Below are positions 37,317 to 46,551 of a DNA stretch of 64,000 nt, one piece after another. Location: NCBI GenBank assembly GCA_046484745.1, contig JAWOIJ010000058.1, positions 3,937 through 67,936 on the forward strand, written 5' to 3'. The position numbers and the translations under genes are program-made. The notes beneath the pieces were generated by a model. It made no database searches, was not told the DNA's origin, and was given only the letters and a program-made list of their open reading frames with translations. Numbering within the stretch: position 1 is the stretch's first letter; every line of letters begins with the position of its first letter. Origin of the DNA: Desulfobacterales bacterium. GTDB lineage: Bacteria > Desulfobacterota > Desulfobacteria > Desulfobacterales > SURF-7.

Positions 37317-37455
37317 GGAGGAGTGGATGTATACTCTTTGCACTCTGCCGTTAAAACAAAAAAGGCTAATAATATATTGTGTTTTTAAATATTTTTGATA
37401 TGATTGGAGCATCACATCTGCAATTTATTTTTTTCTCACGACCACGGACTGCTGA

Positions 37456-37617
37456 CAATGGGAAAGCCCCAAGCTGCGGGAACTGCTGGAAACCATCCTT
37501 CCCCAGAAAACAACCTTTGGTGACTATGAGGTTGAACACGATTTTACCACCATCGGGCAGGGGTACGATGCAAGATGCCACTCCTGGACGCTGAAGGCAA
37601 AATCAAATCCGAAATGA
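37456..37617 (+). pseudogene. start-less fragment of a PAS-type sensor protein
   Basis: 53 open codons bounded by TGA 37453 and TGA 37615, with no start codon: QWESPKLRELLETILPQKTTFGDYEVEHDFTTIGQGYDAR... This resembles the LExVLP...F.DYEVEHDFP.IGRR.MLLNARR segment of CheR/PAS/HWE-kinase sensors. The match is lost after IGQ, suggesting a frameshift. Confidence 0.35.
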
Positions 37618-37640
37618 AGCCAGCGGATGAGGAATAGGTT

Positions 37641-37979
37641 ATGGATCAATCGCAAAGAAGAATGTTCGTCCGCTATCCCATGGACCTTCCGGTGATTGTG
37701 TCAGCCCTGGAATCATCAGGAAACTTCCTACGAGAAACGACAACCTTGAGCGATGCCTCCGGCGGCGGACTGCGATTCATAACTCGCCACTTGGAGCGGT
37801 ATTCACCGGGCCAGGATATCGAAATCTCGGTTGATCTTCCACAGTCCGGCAACATTAGTGCCCACATGAACGCACACGGGCGGGTGGTGCGCACAATCGA
37901 AGCAGACAATCTGCAGAGAGGCGATTTTGAGGTCGCAATCATACTGGTGACCCCGCTGCGTTTCGAACGCATCAGCTGA
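37641..37979 (+). CDS. stand-alone PilZ domain protein
   Basis: 112 aa. Canonical c-di-GMP motifs are present: RRMFVR (RxxxR) and DASGGG (DxSxxG). Confidence 0.85.
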   Translation: MDQSQRRMFVRYPMDLPVIVSALESSGNFLRETTTLSDASGGGLRFITRHLERYSPGQDIEISVDLPQSGNISAHMNAHGRVVRTIEADNLQRGDFEVAIILVTPLRFERIS

Positions 37980-38026
37980 CCACGGACACATGGTCTTATA
38001 TTTATAAGTTCCTTTTGAAGGTTGCG

Positions 38027-39115
38027 ATGAAACAGTCTGGGCAAAAAACGTATAAAGGTTTTCGATCATTTGCGGGAAAGGCCCGTGTAGCATTTTATCT
38101 ATCGGCCATTCTGCCCTATCTGGTTGGAGCCTACCTTTTTATTGGCGGGAAAATCGACATTTCGGAAATGATTCTAGTTTTCGCAGCGCTGGTGCTTTTT
38201 TCCATGCTGACTGGATTTATACTGCTTCGCAAATCCGGGAATCAATTGGGTTTGCTGGCAAGTGAAACAGGCAGGATAACAAACGGGAAAAAATATGATT
38301 TAATCCACTTCCACGAAGATCAGGAGCTCAATGATATCGCAGAACATTTTAACGCGATTGTCGGGACAATACATGCCACTGAGAAAGACATACGCGAGCA
38401 ATCCGTGCAGTTGATGGCCTATGCGCGGGATATCAGCCGTTCTTTTAAAAAGGCAAAAGAAGAAGAGCTGTTGCGCAACAAGCTTAGCCGCTATGTGGGG
38501 GAAAACCTGGTGGACAAACTGGTCAACGAAAAGGGTGGCGTGCCTTTTGAGAATGAAAAAAAAGAGGTGACAGTCCTTTTTGTGGATATCCGCTCTTTTA
38601 CAACGATAGCAGAGACCATGGCCGCCGAAGACCTTGTCGCCATGCTCAACGCGTTTTTTGAGGTTATGGTCGAGATTGTTTTCGTCAACAACGGTGTGCT
38701 GGATAAGTTCGTAGGCGACCAGATCGTTGCCGTGTTCGGGCTGTTGACAACAACCGATGCCGAGTCCGACGCCATAAAAGCCGCTGTTGAAATGCAGCAA
38801 GCCACCGAACAACTAATGATGACTTGGAAAGGGCAGGGAAAAATCACGTTTGGAATTGGTATAGGTATCAATACAGGCACGGTTCTGGTCGGCAATGTCG
38901 GATCGAAAACCCGGATGAATTATACGGTGATGGGTGACTGTGTAAACGTATCCGCCAGATTGCAGCAATTGGCCGCGGCCGGAGAAATCATCATCGGGCA
39001 AGAGACTTACCTCCGCACTCGAAGCCGGTTCAAAGTGGACAAACGGATCAGAGTAAAGGTAAAAAATAAAGCCGAGCCATTGGAATGTTACCGGATAGCT
39101 ATTCCTATTTTATAA
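38027..39115 (+). CDS. membrane HAMP-domain class III adenylate/guanylate cyclase
   Basis: Open from TTG 38015; ATG at 38027. Two TM segments and a HAMP-like linker. Cyclase motifs: VTVLFVDIRSFT, KFVGDQIVAVFG, GINTGTVLVGNVGS, YTVMGDCVNVSARL. Confidence 0.88.
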   Translation: MKQSGQKTYKGFRSFAGKARVAFYLSAILPYLVGAYLFIGGKIDISEMILVFAALVLFSMLTGFILLRKSGNQLGLLASETGRITNGKKYDLIHFHEDQELNDIAEHFNAIVGTIHATEKDIREQSVQLMAYARDISRSFKKAKEEELLRNKLSRYVGENLVDKLVNEKGGVPFENEKKEVTVLFVDIRSFTTIAETMAAEDLVAMLNAFFEVMVEIVFVNNGVLDKFVGDQIVAVFGLLTTTDAESDAIKAAVEMQQATEQLMMTWKGQGKITFGIGIGINTGTVLVGNVGSKTRMNYTVMGDCVNVSARLQQLAAAGEIIIGQETYLRTRSRFKVDKRIRVKVKNKAEPLECYRIAIPIL

Positions 39116-39152
39116 TTTCTTTCAGAATTTTGTCTTTTTTTATATATAAAAA

Positions 39153-39184
39153 AGGCACGGCTGAGAGTTCCGCCGTGCCTTTTT
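39153..39184. terminator. bidirectional intrinsic terminator between the cyclase gene and fhs
   Basis: AGGCACGGC (39153-39161), 10-nt loop, GCCGTGCCT (39172-39180). Flanked by an A-run upstream and TTTTT downstream. Lies between convergent genes. Confidence 0.8.
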
Positions 39185-39232
39185 GATCATTTTACCGGAT
39201 AAAATTTATCGGTTTTGAACCAGTTTTATCTG

Positions 39233-41008
39233 TTAGAATACCCCTTGAACTTTTCCGGTCTCGACATCGACCTCAACGCGGCGGAAGGCCGGGTTGGAGC
39301 CTGTTCCCGGCATCAGACTGATCGCTCCGGCAACCGGCACGATGAATCCTGCGCCGCCATAGGTAAGAACTTCGCGAACATTAAGACGCCATCCCTTGGG
39401 AACACCCTTGAGTGCCGGATTATCGGTAAGTGACAGATGGGTTTTCACCATGCAGAGGCCGAGTTTTGAGAGTTCCGGATCATTCTGGATTCTTGCCAGT
39501 TGTTTCTGTGCTTCAGATGAGAAATCAACGCCGTCTGCACCGTATACTTCGGTGGCAACTTTTTCAATACGTTCTTTAACCGGCATAGTAAGCTCATACA
39601 GGAATTTAAAGTCGGACTTTTCTTCGCAAGCCTCAATAACCGCATCCGCAAACTCAAGCGCTCCGTCACCGCCTTTTTCCCAGTGACGGGATAAGGCAAC
39701 TTTCGCGCCGGCAGCTTCCGCCAGTTCACGAACTTTGGAAATTTCCGCTTTTGTATCGGTATAAAAGGCGTTAATGCAGACAACCGGGCTGATTCCGGCT
39801 TTGCGAACATTTTCAATGTGGTGGATGAGGTTTTTGCATCCTTCCGCAACCCAGCCGACATTTTCGCCTTCATATTCTTTGGGCATCGCTTTGCCGGGAA
39901 CCGGCACCGGAGCCCCGCCGTGACATTTGAGAGCACGGATGGTTGCAACAACAACTGCCGCATCCGGCACCAGACCGCTGAAACGGCATTTCAGGTTCCA
40001 GAATTTTTCAAAACCGATATCTGCGCCAAAACCGGATTCCGTGATATGGTAATCCGCAAGTTTCAGGCCGACCTGGTCTGCTACAATAGAGCTTTGTCCG
40101 ATGGCGATGTTTGCAAACGGGCCTGCATGAACAAAAACCGGCTGCCCTTCGAGTGTCTGCAACAGGTTTGGATTCATAGCATCTACCATCCAGGCGGTCA
40201 TGGCGCCGGCCACCTCGAGGTCTTCCGTTGTGATTGCTTTGCCTTTTTTGTCGTAGGCGACCACGATTTTTCCCATACGATCGCGCATATCCTTAAGGCT
40301 TGTTGCAACCGCCAGAATCGCCATCACCTCGGAAGAAACGGCAATGCCGAATTTCGATTTCATCATGAAGCCGTCTGCTTTGCCGTTAACACCGTCAATA
40401 CCGATGATGATGTTACGCAGAGCCTGGCAGCAGAAATCGATAATCCATCCCATCTCTACGTTTGTCGGGTCGATATCCAGACGCGGCATGCCGGAGAGAC
40501 GTTGGAGCTGTTCGTCAGTGTAGTTTCGTTCGTGCTGCATACGGGATGTAAGGGCCACCATCGCAAGGTTGTGTGCGTTCATGATGGCGTTGATGTCACC
40601 CGTGAGCCCGAGTGAAAAGGGAGTCAACGGAATACACTGGGAAAGTCCTCCTCCAGCCGCAGAACCTTTGATATTCATTGTGGGTCCGCCGGATGGCTGG
40701 CGGATGGCAGCGGAAACATTTTTACCCCGTTTCCCAAGACCCTGTACAAGACCCATTGTGGAGGTTGATTTTCCTTCACCAAGAGGAGTGGGAGTGATGG
40801 CGGTAACATTAATGTATTTTCCGTTCGGTTTGTCTTTCAGACGTTCCAGCACCGCCCTGTAATCGATTTTTCCAAAGTAATGCCCCTGTGGCAGCAGTTC
40901 TTCTTTGGTAAGCCCGAAATTTTCTGCAATTTCATAGACGGTTTTCATGTCTTTTTCCGCATCCTGGGCAATTTCCCAGTCTGCATGTTTGGTAGGATCT
41001 AATACCAT
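39233..41008 (-). CDS. fhs: formate--tetrahydrofolate ligase
   Basis: 591 aa. Motifs: [45 protein letters not shown]. Confidence 0.95.
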   Translation of the reverse strand: MVLDPTKHADWEIAQDAEKDMKTVYEIAENFGLTKEELLPQGHYFGKIDYRAVLERLKDKPNGKYINVTAITPTPLGEGKSTSTMGLVQGLGKRGKNVSAAIRQPSGGPTMNIKGSAAGGGLSQCIPLTPFSLGLTGDINAIMNAHNLAMVALTSRMQHERNYTDEQLQRLSGMPRLDIDPTNVEMGWIIDFCCQALRNIIIGIDGVNGKADGFMMKSKFGIAVSSEVMAILAVATSLKDMRDRMGKIVVAYDKKGKAITTEDLEVAGAMTAWMVDAMNPNLLQTLEGQPVFVHAGPFANIAIGQSSIVADQVGLKLADYHITESGFGADIGFEKFWNLKCRFSGLVPDAAVVVATIRALKCHGGAPVPVPGKAMPKEYEGENVGWVAEGCKNLIHHIENVRKAGISPVVCINAFYTDTKAEISKVRELAEAAGAKVALSRHWEKGGDGALEFADAVIEACEEKSDFKFLYELTMPVKERIEKVATEVYGADGVDFSSEAQKQLARIQNDPELSKLGLCMVKTHLSLTDNPALKGVPKGWRLNVREVLTYGGAGFIVPVAGAISLMPGTGSNPAFRRVEVDVETGKVQGVF

Positions 41009-41249
41009 GAATCGCTCCTTTCAAAGAGTTGGCTCATTACTGAGCCTGGATAGTTAAAAATTGTAGCCCTTTGCCATAAATATATAGATCTCCCATGATA
41101 CCGTGAGTCTTTCGGAAGATCGATCCTGATTGTATGTTTGACAGTACTGCGGCCGGATTCTGATGATTATTCATTTAAAAAACAACTGGTTTACCCGGAC
41201 GCTACCTATTTTGCGTCATTGCCTAAAATGCCTGAAAGGATCTGGTCAG

Positions 41250-42134
41250 TCAAGAATTATTTGTATTTGAGCAGTAAATTAGAATTTTGGATGCAATTCT
41301 GGCAGCCGTGTATTCCGATACCTGCGTGTTTTCGATTTTCATCAGTTCATTGATATCTGCCGCAATTACATTCCTTCGAGCGGCAAGGGCCCGGATCAGA
41401 TCCAGAAGCTGTCTGTATAAAAGTCCTCCGGGTTCGGGCGTCCCGGTGCCCGGGATAACCCCCGGGTCGAGGCCGTCCAGATCAACGGTCAGATAAACGT
41501 TTTCCGGGAGGCGGTCTATGACCTGTTGAATCCATGAATTGTCCCATGGTACGATGTGATGAGCGTAAAACGGAGAGAATTTTCTTTTACGGACAAGATC
41601 AGCCTCCTCTTTGGAGAACGAGCGTATCCCAACCTGGACTGCCGGAATGCCGATATCATCGACAACTCTTCTCATGACGCATGCATGGTTATACCTGCTG
41701 CCGTTCCAGGTATCACGGAGATCAAGGTGGGCGTCAATTTGAAGCACACCTGTATGTTGATAAAGTTCAGCCGCGGCCGCAATCGGCCCTATTGAGATCG
41801 CATGATCTCCTCCAAGACACAGCAGAAATTTTTTTGTTGAAAGTATTTTTTTTGCGGCAGCCTTCATCTCGATGACTGCTCGTTCCGGATCGTCGGAAGG
41901 GAAAATCGGTTCCAGGGTATAGAGATCCAGTTTTTCCAGTTCGACAGAGGCTTCCTCGTCAAAATCTTCCAACTGAACAGAGGCCTCTAAAATGTACAGA
42001 GGACCATACTTGCTGCCGGTTCCATAGGAAGGGGCATTTTCATAACAAATTGGAAGGATTGCGTTTTTTGCTTTCTCGATGCCTGGAGATTGAAAGCCCG
42101 GGCCGGCAAAAGGAGTGTAATTGGGTATTTTCAT
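41250..42134 (-). CDS. speB: agmatinase/arginase-family ureohydrolase
   Basis: The ORF is open to 42212. I prefer Met at 42134 (MKIPNYTPFAG). Mn-binding motifs: GGDHAIS, IDAHLDLRD, LTVDLDGLDP. Confidence 0.8.
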   Translation of the reverse strand: MKIPNYTPFAGPGFQSPGIEKAKNAILPICYENAPSYGTGSKYGPLYILEASVQLEDFDEEASVELEKLDLYTLEPIFPSDDPERAVIEMKAAAKKILSTKKFLLCLGGDHAISIGPIAAAAELYQHTGVLQIDAHLDLRDTWNGSRYNHACVMRRVVDDIGIPAVQVGIRSFSKEEADLVRKRKFSPFYAHHIVPWDNSWIQQVIDRLPENVYLTVDLDGLDPGVIPGTGTPEPGGLLYRQLLDLIRALAARRNVIAADINELMKIENTQVSEYTAARIASKILIYCSNTNNS

Positions 42135-42213
42135 ATGGATATGGTTTTGAACAGACCGGCTGCAATCGCAACGGATCGGTTCTGAGCGTTTTTTTGCCTT
42201 CTTTGCCCCCACG

Positions 42214-43203
42214 TCAGGTTAGATATTGTTCTTCCTTGAATTTGATCATTTCGTAAACCATTCTATTGAATGATACGTCTAATCCGTATTGCCTGCCGAG
42301 TTTTACGACCGCTCCGTTCAGTGCGTCAATCTCCGTTTTTTTCTTTGCTTTGATATCCTGCAAGGTCGATGCTTCATGCTTTGCCGTTGCGGGAATAAGG
42401 GAATTGAAAAAAACGGGAAGATACTCTTCTGCGGAATTCCATTCTGTTTCATATCCGGCTTTTTCCATAACACCGAAAATCTCTTTGATAATGTGATTCA
42501 TGATCATGCTGGCATGTCGCGATTCCCCCAGTTTTCCGTACGGTACATTGAAGATAGCCCCCAGCGGGTTCAGTGCGCAATTATAAAGCATTTTTGCCCA
42601 CATGTCTCTTATTATTCCGTAGGATATTTCACAGGGAATGCCGCCTTTTGAAATGGATTCGCAAAGGGTTTTCAAAGAATCGAGGTTCTTGCTGTAAATA
42701 CTGCCCATACGAATCGCATCCACATGAACGGTGATTTCGACATGGTTTGGTTTCGGCCTGTTAAATCCCGTAATCACCCTTGCATTGAAAAGATTTTTTT
42801 CGTTAAAAAACGGGGATAAAATTTCTGTATTCCCCCAGCCGTTCTGGCACAGCACGATAGCGGTATTTTCCCCGGATAAATAAGGGTTTTCCGCTATATT
42901 TTCTCCAACTTTCAGAGAGTCAAAGGATTTGGTGCAAACGAGGATATAATCATAGGCTGTCTTTGCAGTTATTTCGGAAAGAGATGCAACCGATTGAAAT
43001 TGATTCTTTTCCGCGTAAAATTGCCCAAAAACCCCTGTGCGGATAAGCCCTTCTTGATTCAGGAAATCCGTGGTCTGTTTTCTCGCCAGAATATCTACCT
43101 TTTCTCCCGACTTGATCAGGCAACTGGCGATCCCGAGACCAACAGCGCCGCCGCCGTAAACGAGAACATTGATATTTTGTTTTTCCTTTTGCTGCATGAG
43201 CAT
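42214..43203 (-). CDS. 2-dehydropantoate 2-reductase (ApbA/PanE family)
   Basis: The ORF is open to 43290; probable start is MLMQQKEKQNINVLVYGGGAVGLG (Rossmann loop). STLQD and EIDALNG motifs near the C-terminus. Confidence 0.8.
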   Translation of the reverse strand: MLMQQKEKQNINVLVYGGGAVGLGIASCLIKSGEKVDILARKQTTDFLNQEGLIRTGVFGQFYAEKNQFQSVASLSEITAKTAYDYILVCTKSFDSLKVGENIAENPYLSGENTAIVLCQNGWGNTEILSPFFNEKNLFNARVITGFNRPKPNHVEITVHVDAIRMGSIYSKNLDSLKTLCESISKGGIPCEISYGIIRDMWAKMLYNCALNPLGAIFNVPYGKLGESRHASMIMNHIIKEIFGVMEKAGYETEWNSAEEYLPVFFNSLIPATAKHEASTLQDIKAKKKTEIDALNGAVVKLGRQYGLDVSFNRMVYEMIKFKEEQYLT

Positions 43204-43334
43204 CCTCTGCTGCCTATATGTGTTGATCGCTTCGTAAAAAGTCCGGTCAGCGCTGACGGTTACGCCTGTCGACTGCATCCGGCAGGGCATTCCTCACAAT
43301 CCCTCCGCCTTGAATCGAACTTTTTATAAAGGCA

Positions 43335-44081
43335 TCAATCTGAATAGTCAACCGAAACAAGGCAAAGCCCATGCGGGGGTGCCGTGGCTCCTGCATTTGC
43401 CCTGTCTTTTGAAAGAAGTATCTCCCGGACGGCTTCCGATGAGATTCTGCCATGACCGACTTCCACGAGTGTCCCTACAAGATTACGGACCATGTATCTT
43501 AAAAAACCGTCAGCCTGTATCTGGAAAAGCATACAACCTTCTCCGGTTTCTTGAAAACAGGCTTTATATACATTCCGGACGGTATGGGATCTTGGACTTC
43601 CAGTTCCTTCAAAAGCCTTGAAATCGTGTTTTCCTTCAATGTGGGAACATGCTTTTTTCATGGCATCCAGATCCAGCTTTCTTCGAATGAACCACTCATA
43701 TTGCCTGCCGATAGCTGCCGGCAGAGCCCGGTTCCGTATCGTGTAACGATAGGTTTTGTTTGTGGCATCGTAACGGGCATTGAACCCGATGTCGGCCTCA
43801 ACACATTTTTTAACGATGATGTCTTCCGGCAGCAGACTGTTGAGCCCTTTTACAAAGATTTGCGGCAGCAGGTTTGTCCGGCAGTGAAAATTTGCGGTCT
43901 GATTCAGGGCATGAACTCCGGCATCGGTTCTTCCTGAGCCGATCAATGTAATTTTTTGCTTTGTCATGGTTGAAATGGCATCTTCAACCTCTTCCTGTAT
44001 GGTCCGGTCATTTTTTTGTTTCTGCCAGCCATGGTATTTGCTGCCGTCATATTCCAGCGTGAGTAGAAAGTTTTTTTCCAT
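43335..44081 (-). CDS. truA: tRNA pseudouridine(38-40) synthase
   Basis: 248 aa. Motifs: YDGSKYHGWQKQ, GSGRTDAGVHAL (catalytic Asp), FLRYMVRNLVG. Confidence 0.93.
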   Translation of the reverse strand: MEKNFLLTLEYDGSKYHGWQKQKNDRTIQEEVEDAISTMTKQKITLIGSGRTDAGVHALNQTANFHCRTNLLPQIFVKGLNSLLPEDIIVKKCVEADIGFNARYDATNKTYRYTIRNRALPAAIGRQYEWFIRRKLDLDAMKKACSHIEGKHDFKAFEGTGSPRSHTVRNVYKACFQETGEGCMLFQIQADGFLRYMVRNLVGTLVEVGHGRISSEAVREILLSKDRANAGATAPPHGLCLVSVDYSD

Positions 44082-44113
44082 ATCTTTGTATTTTTTGAAA
44101 CGCTCACTTTAGG

Positions 44114-44296
44114 TTACAGTCGATCACAGGGTATGTTGCCCAGTTTTTCTTCCAGAACCTGGTCCATCAATTCGGCATATTTTTCCACTGAAAACTCCAT
44201 GCCGCATTCCATGCAGCGAAGAATCACTTTTTGTCATAACCGCTTCAGTGAAAGTTTCCCATTACATATCAAACATTTTGCTTTGGATCTGTCCAT
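44114..44296 (-). CDS. 60-codon two-CxxC zinc-ribbon ORF with one in-frame TGA (selenoprotein candidate or fresh pseudogene)
   Basis: My own translation: MDRSKAKCLICNGKLSLKRL-TGA-QKVILRCMECGMEFSVEKYAELMDQVLEEKLGNIPCDRL. GGAGAG RBS 5 nt upstream. The TGA is at 44236-44234. A hairpin GCUGCA-UGGAA-UGCGGC starts 16 nt after the TGA. Below the ORF-track size cut-off. Confidence 0.35.
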
Positions 44297-44536
44297 TCGT
44301 TCTCTCCGTTTTCCTTTGTTGCAGTATATATTTTAATTTGTTAATAAGTCCACACTAATCGAAACAGCCTCGGCAATGCCTTGATAGCGATCGTTGATGG
44401 TGAAGTGAAATCATGGCAAAAAAAGACCAGGCATCCGACCGTCTGTTCCGATTTCAGGGTCTGATGGACAGTCGTTTACTTCCGAGTTTTTCATAACAGA
44501 TTTTTTCGAAATTGGGGAGAAAGGATCGTTTGAATC

Positions 44537-45727
44537 ATGAAAGATGAAGCCACCACATGCCCCGGGTTTCAGTTTTCCGGTTGTGTTTCCGGATTGAAAA
44601 AAAATCGGGAAATCGATCTCGGCATCATTTTTTCCGAGAAAGAAGCAAAAACAGCAGGCGTATTTACAAGGAACAGAGTTCAGGCAGCGTGTGTCATTCT
44701 TGACCGTGATCGGATAAAAACCGGAAGAGGCAGGGCGATCATCGTGAACAGCGGTAATGCAAATTGCTGCACAGGACCGCAGGGAATGATGGATGCCATG
44801 GCGGTGACGCGGTTTGTCGCGTCCGGGCTTAACATTCAGGAAGAGCTTGTTTTTAATGCCTCAACAGGTGTTATCGGCGAACCGCTTCCCATAGGGAAAA
44901 TAGAAAAGGCTGTTCCGGGTCTGATTGATTCTCTGTCCGGCGCGGGGCTTCCTGATTTTGCGGCAGCCATTATGACCACGGACACATTTCCAAAAATAAG
45001 TACGCGGAAGGGAGAAATCGAAGGAAAGACTTTTACCGTAACGGGCGTAGCAAAAGGTTCCGGGATGATCAAACCGGATATGGCAACCATGCTTTGTTTT
45101 GTCTGTACGGATATTGAGATAAAGCCTGCCGTCCTCCAGGCATCTCTTGCGGAGGCGGTTGAAGGGTCATTTAACCGGATTACCGTGGATGGGGATACAA
45201 GCACGAATGACATGGCGATCATAATGGCAAACGGAGTATCGGGAGTTCGGGCGGATAATCGGGACTCGGAAAAAGTTTTTCAAAAAGTACTGGAACAGGT
45301 ACTTAACGAACTTGCCCGCATGATTGTGAAGGATGGTGAGGGTGCGACAAAACTTGTCGAAGTTAAGGTTATGGGCGCAGTCTCTGACACGGATGCGCGT
45401 CGGATTGCCGATACGGTGGCGGGTTCCAACCTGGTGAAGACAGCTCTTTTCGGTGAAGATGCCAACTGGGGAAGGATTATTGCTGCTGCAGGCAGATCCG
45501 GTGTTGAAATAGATTCTGAAAAAATCGATATTTTTTTTAATGATGTGCAGATGGTTAAAAACGGTGCCGGGTGCGGCCCTGATGCCGAATCCGAGGCGGG
45601 GAAAATTTTAAAAATGCCGGAATTTGAGATCCGGATTGACCTGAACAATGGAAACGGAAGCAGCTCTGTTCTGACATGTGATTTTTCAGTCGACTATGTG
45701 AAGATAAACGCGGACTATAGATCATAG
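44537..45727 (+). CDS. argJ: bifunctional glutamate N-acetyltransferase / amino-acid acetyltransferase
   Basis: 396 aa. Motifs: SGNANCCTG, MTTDTFPK, self-cleavage site PDMATMLCFV, GEDANWGRI. Confidence 0.93.
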   Translation: MKDEATTCPGFQFSGCVSGLKKNREIDLGIIFSEKEAKTAGVFTRNRVQAACVILDRDRIKTGRGRAIIVNSGNANCCTGPQGMMDAMAVTRFVASGLNIQEELVFNASTGVIGEPLPIGKIEKAVPGLIDSLSGAGLPDFAAAIMTTDTFPKISTRKGEIEGKTFTVTGVAKGSGMIKPDMATMLCFVCTDIEIKPAVLQASLAEAVEGSFNRITVDGDTSTNDMAIIMANGVSGVRADNRDSEKVFQKVLEQVLNELARMIVKDGEGATKLVEVKVMGAVSDTDARRIADTVAGSNLVKTALFGEDANWGRIIAAAGRSGVEIDSEKIDIFFNDVQMVKNGAGCGPDAESEAGKILKMPEFEIRIDLNNGNGSSSVLTCDFSVDYVKINADYRS

Positions 45728-45813
45728 ATCGTTCCGGTTTGGAAAGGGCAGTTTTTGGCAATACCTGCGGTGATCAGCAGGAATTTTTATCGATACAAGG
45801 CAAGTCAATAACG

Positions 45814-46518
45814 ATGGCATTGATTCGTTTGCAAAAATTCCTTTCTGTTGCAGGAGTTTGTTCCAGGAGGAAGGGAGAGGAACATATACGATCCGGGAAA
45901 GTCAGGGTAAATGGAGAGGTGGTTACAGAACTCGGCACCAAAGTCGATCCGGAAATCGACAGAATTCAGTTTGACGGAAAACTCGTTCAGGTAGCGCAAA
46001 AACGGGTATACATTGCGCTGAATAAACCTAGGGGGTTTGTAACTTCCTGTAATCAGAAGCAAGAAAAGATCGTGCTTGACCTGATTGATTTGAAAGAACG
46101 GATCTACCCGGTAGGACGTCTGGACAAGGATTCAACCGGGTTGCTTTTGTTAACCAATGACGGAGCTGTTCATCAGAAGCTTTCCCATCCCTCGTATGAC
46201 CATGAAAAAGAATATGATGTAACGGTTGCCATGCCGATTCAGGACCGGGAACTCCGGAGAATGTCGGATGGTTTGACGATTCTGGGGTCCAAAACCAGGC
46301 CGGCTGTCATAACACGGATGTCGGCCCGCAGATTTCGAATTGTCCTTCAGGAGGGGCGGAACAGACAGATCCGCCGCATGGTTGAAAAGGTTGGGAATCG
46401 GGTTACAAATTTGAAAAGAATAAGAATCTCAAACATTAAGCTGGACGCCCTCAAAGAGGGCGATTGGCGCTATCTTACGGAAAAAGAAAAAAAGAGCTTA
46501 ACATTGATGTCATCATAA
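45814..46518 (+). CDS. S4-domain pseudouridine synthase (RsuA/RluB family)
   Basis: The ORF is open from 45739. Met 45814 gives MALIRLQKFLSVAGVCSRRKGE (S4 domain). Catalytic motif: VGRLDKDSTGLLLLTNDG. Confidence 0.88.
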   Translation: MALIRLQKFLSVAGVCSRRKGEEHIRSGKVRVNGEVVTELGTKVDPEIDRIQFDGKLVQVAQKRVYIALNKPRGFVTSCNQKQEKIVLDLIDLKERIYPVGRLDKDSTGLLLLTNDGAVHQKLSHPSYDHEKEYDVTVAMPIQDRELRRMSDGLTILGSKTRPAVITRMSARRFRIVLQEGRNRQIRRMVEKVGNRVTNLKRIRISNIKLDALKEGDWRYLTEKEKKSLTLMSS

Positions 46519-46551
46519 CCAGTCAGTCTGTTCGCTTCCGGGAGGAATTAG

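Noticed and set aside
41009-41249. fhs 5' leader examined for a ZTP (pfl) or THF riboswitch
   Set aside because: I could not find the conserved pfl elements (GGGUCGUGAC-type core, CCGCCUGGGC 3' segment) or a convincing THF-riboswitch core by eye. Only a small GGCUCA-GUAA-UGAGCC hairpin (41031-41046) is present. A covariance-model scan would be needed to be sure.
44413-44496. 27-codon ORF (MAKKDQASDRLFRFQGLMDSRLLPSFS) upstream of argJ, considered as an arginine-attenuation leader peptide
   Set aside because: It has only three scattered Arg codons and no tandem Arg run. It has no obvious RBS and no alternative terminator/antiterminator hairpins downstream.
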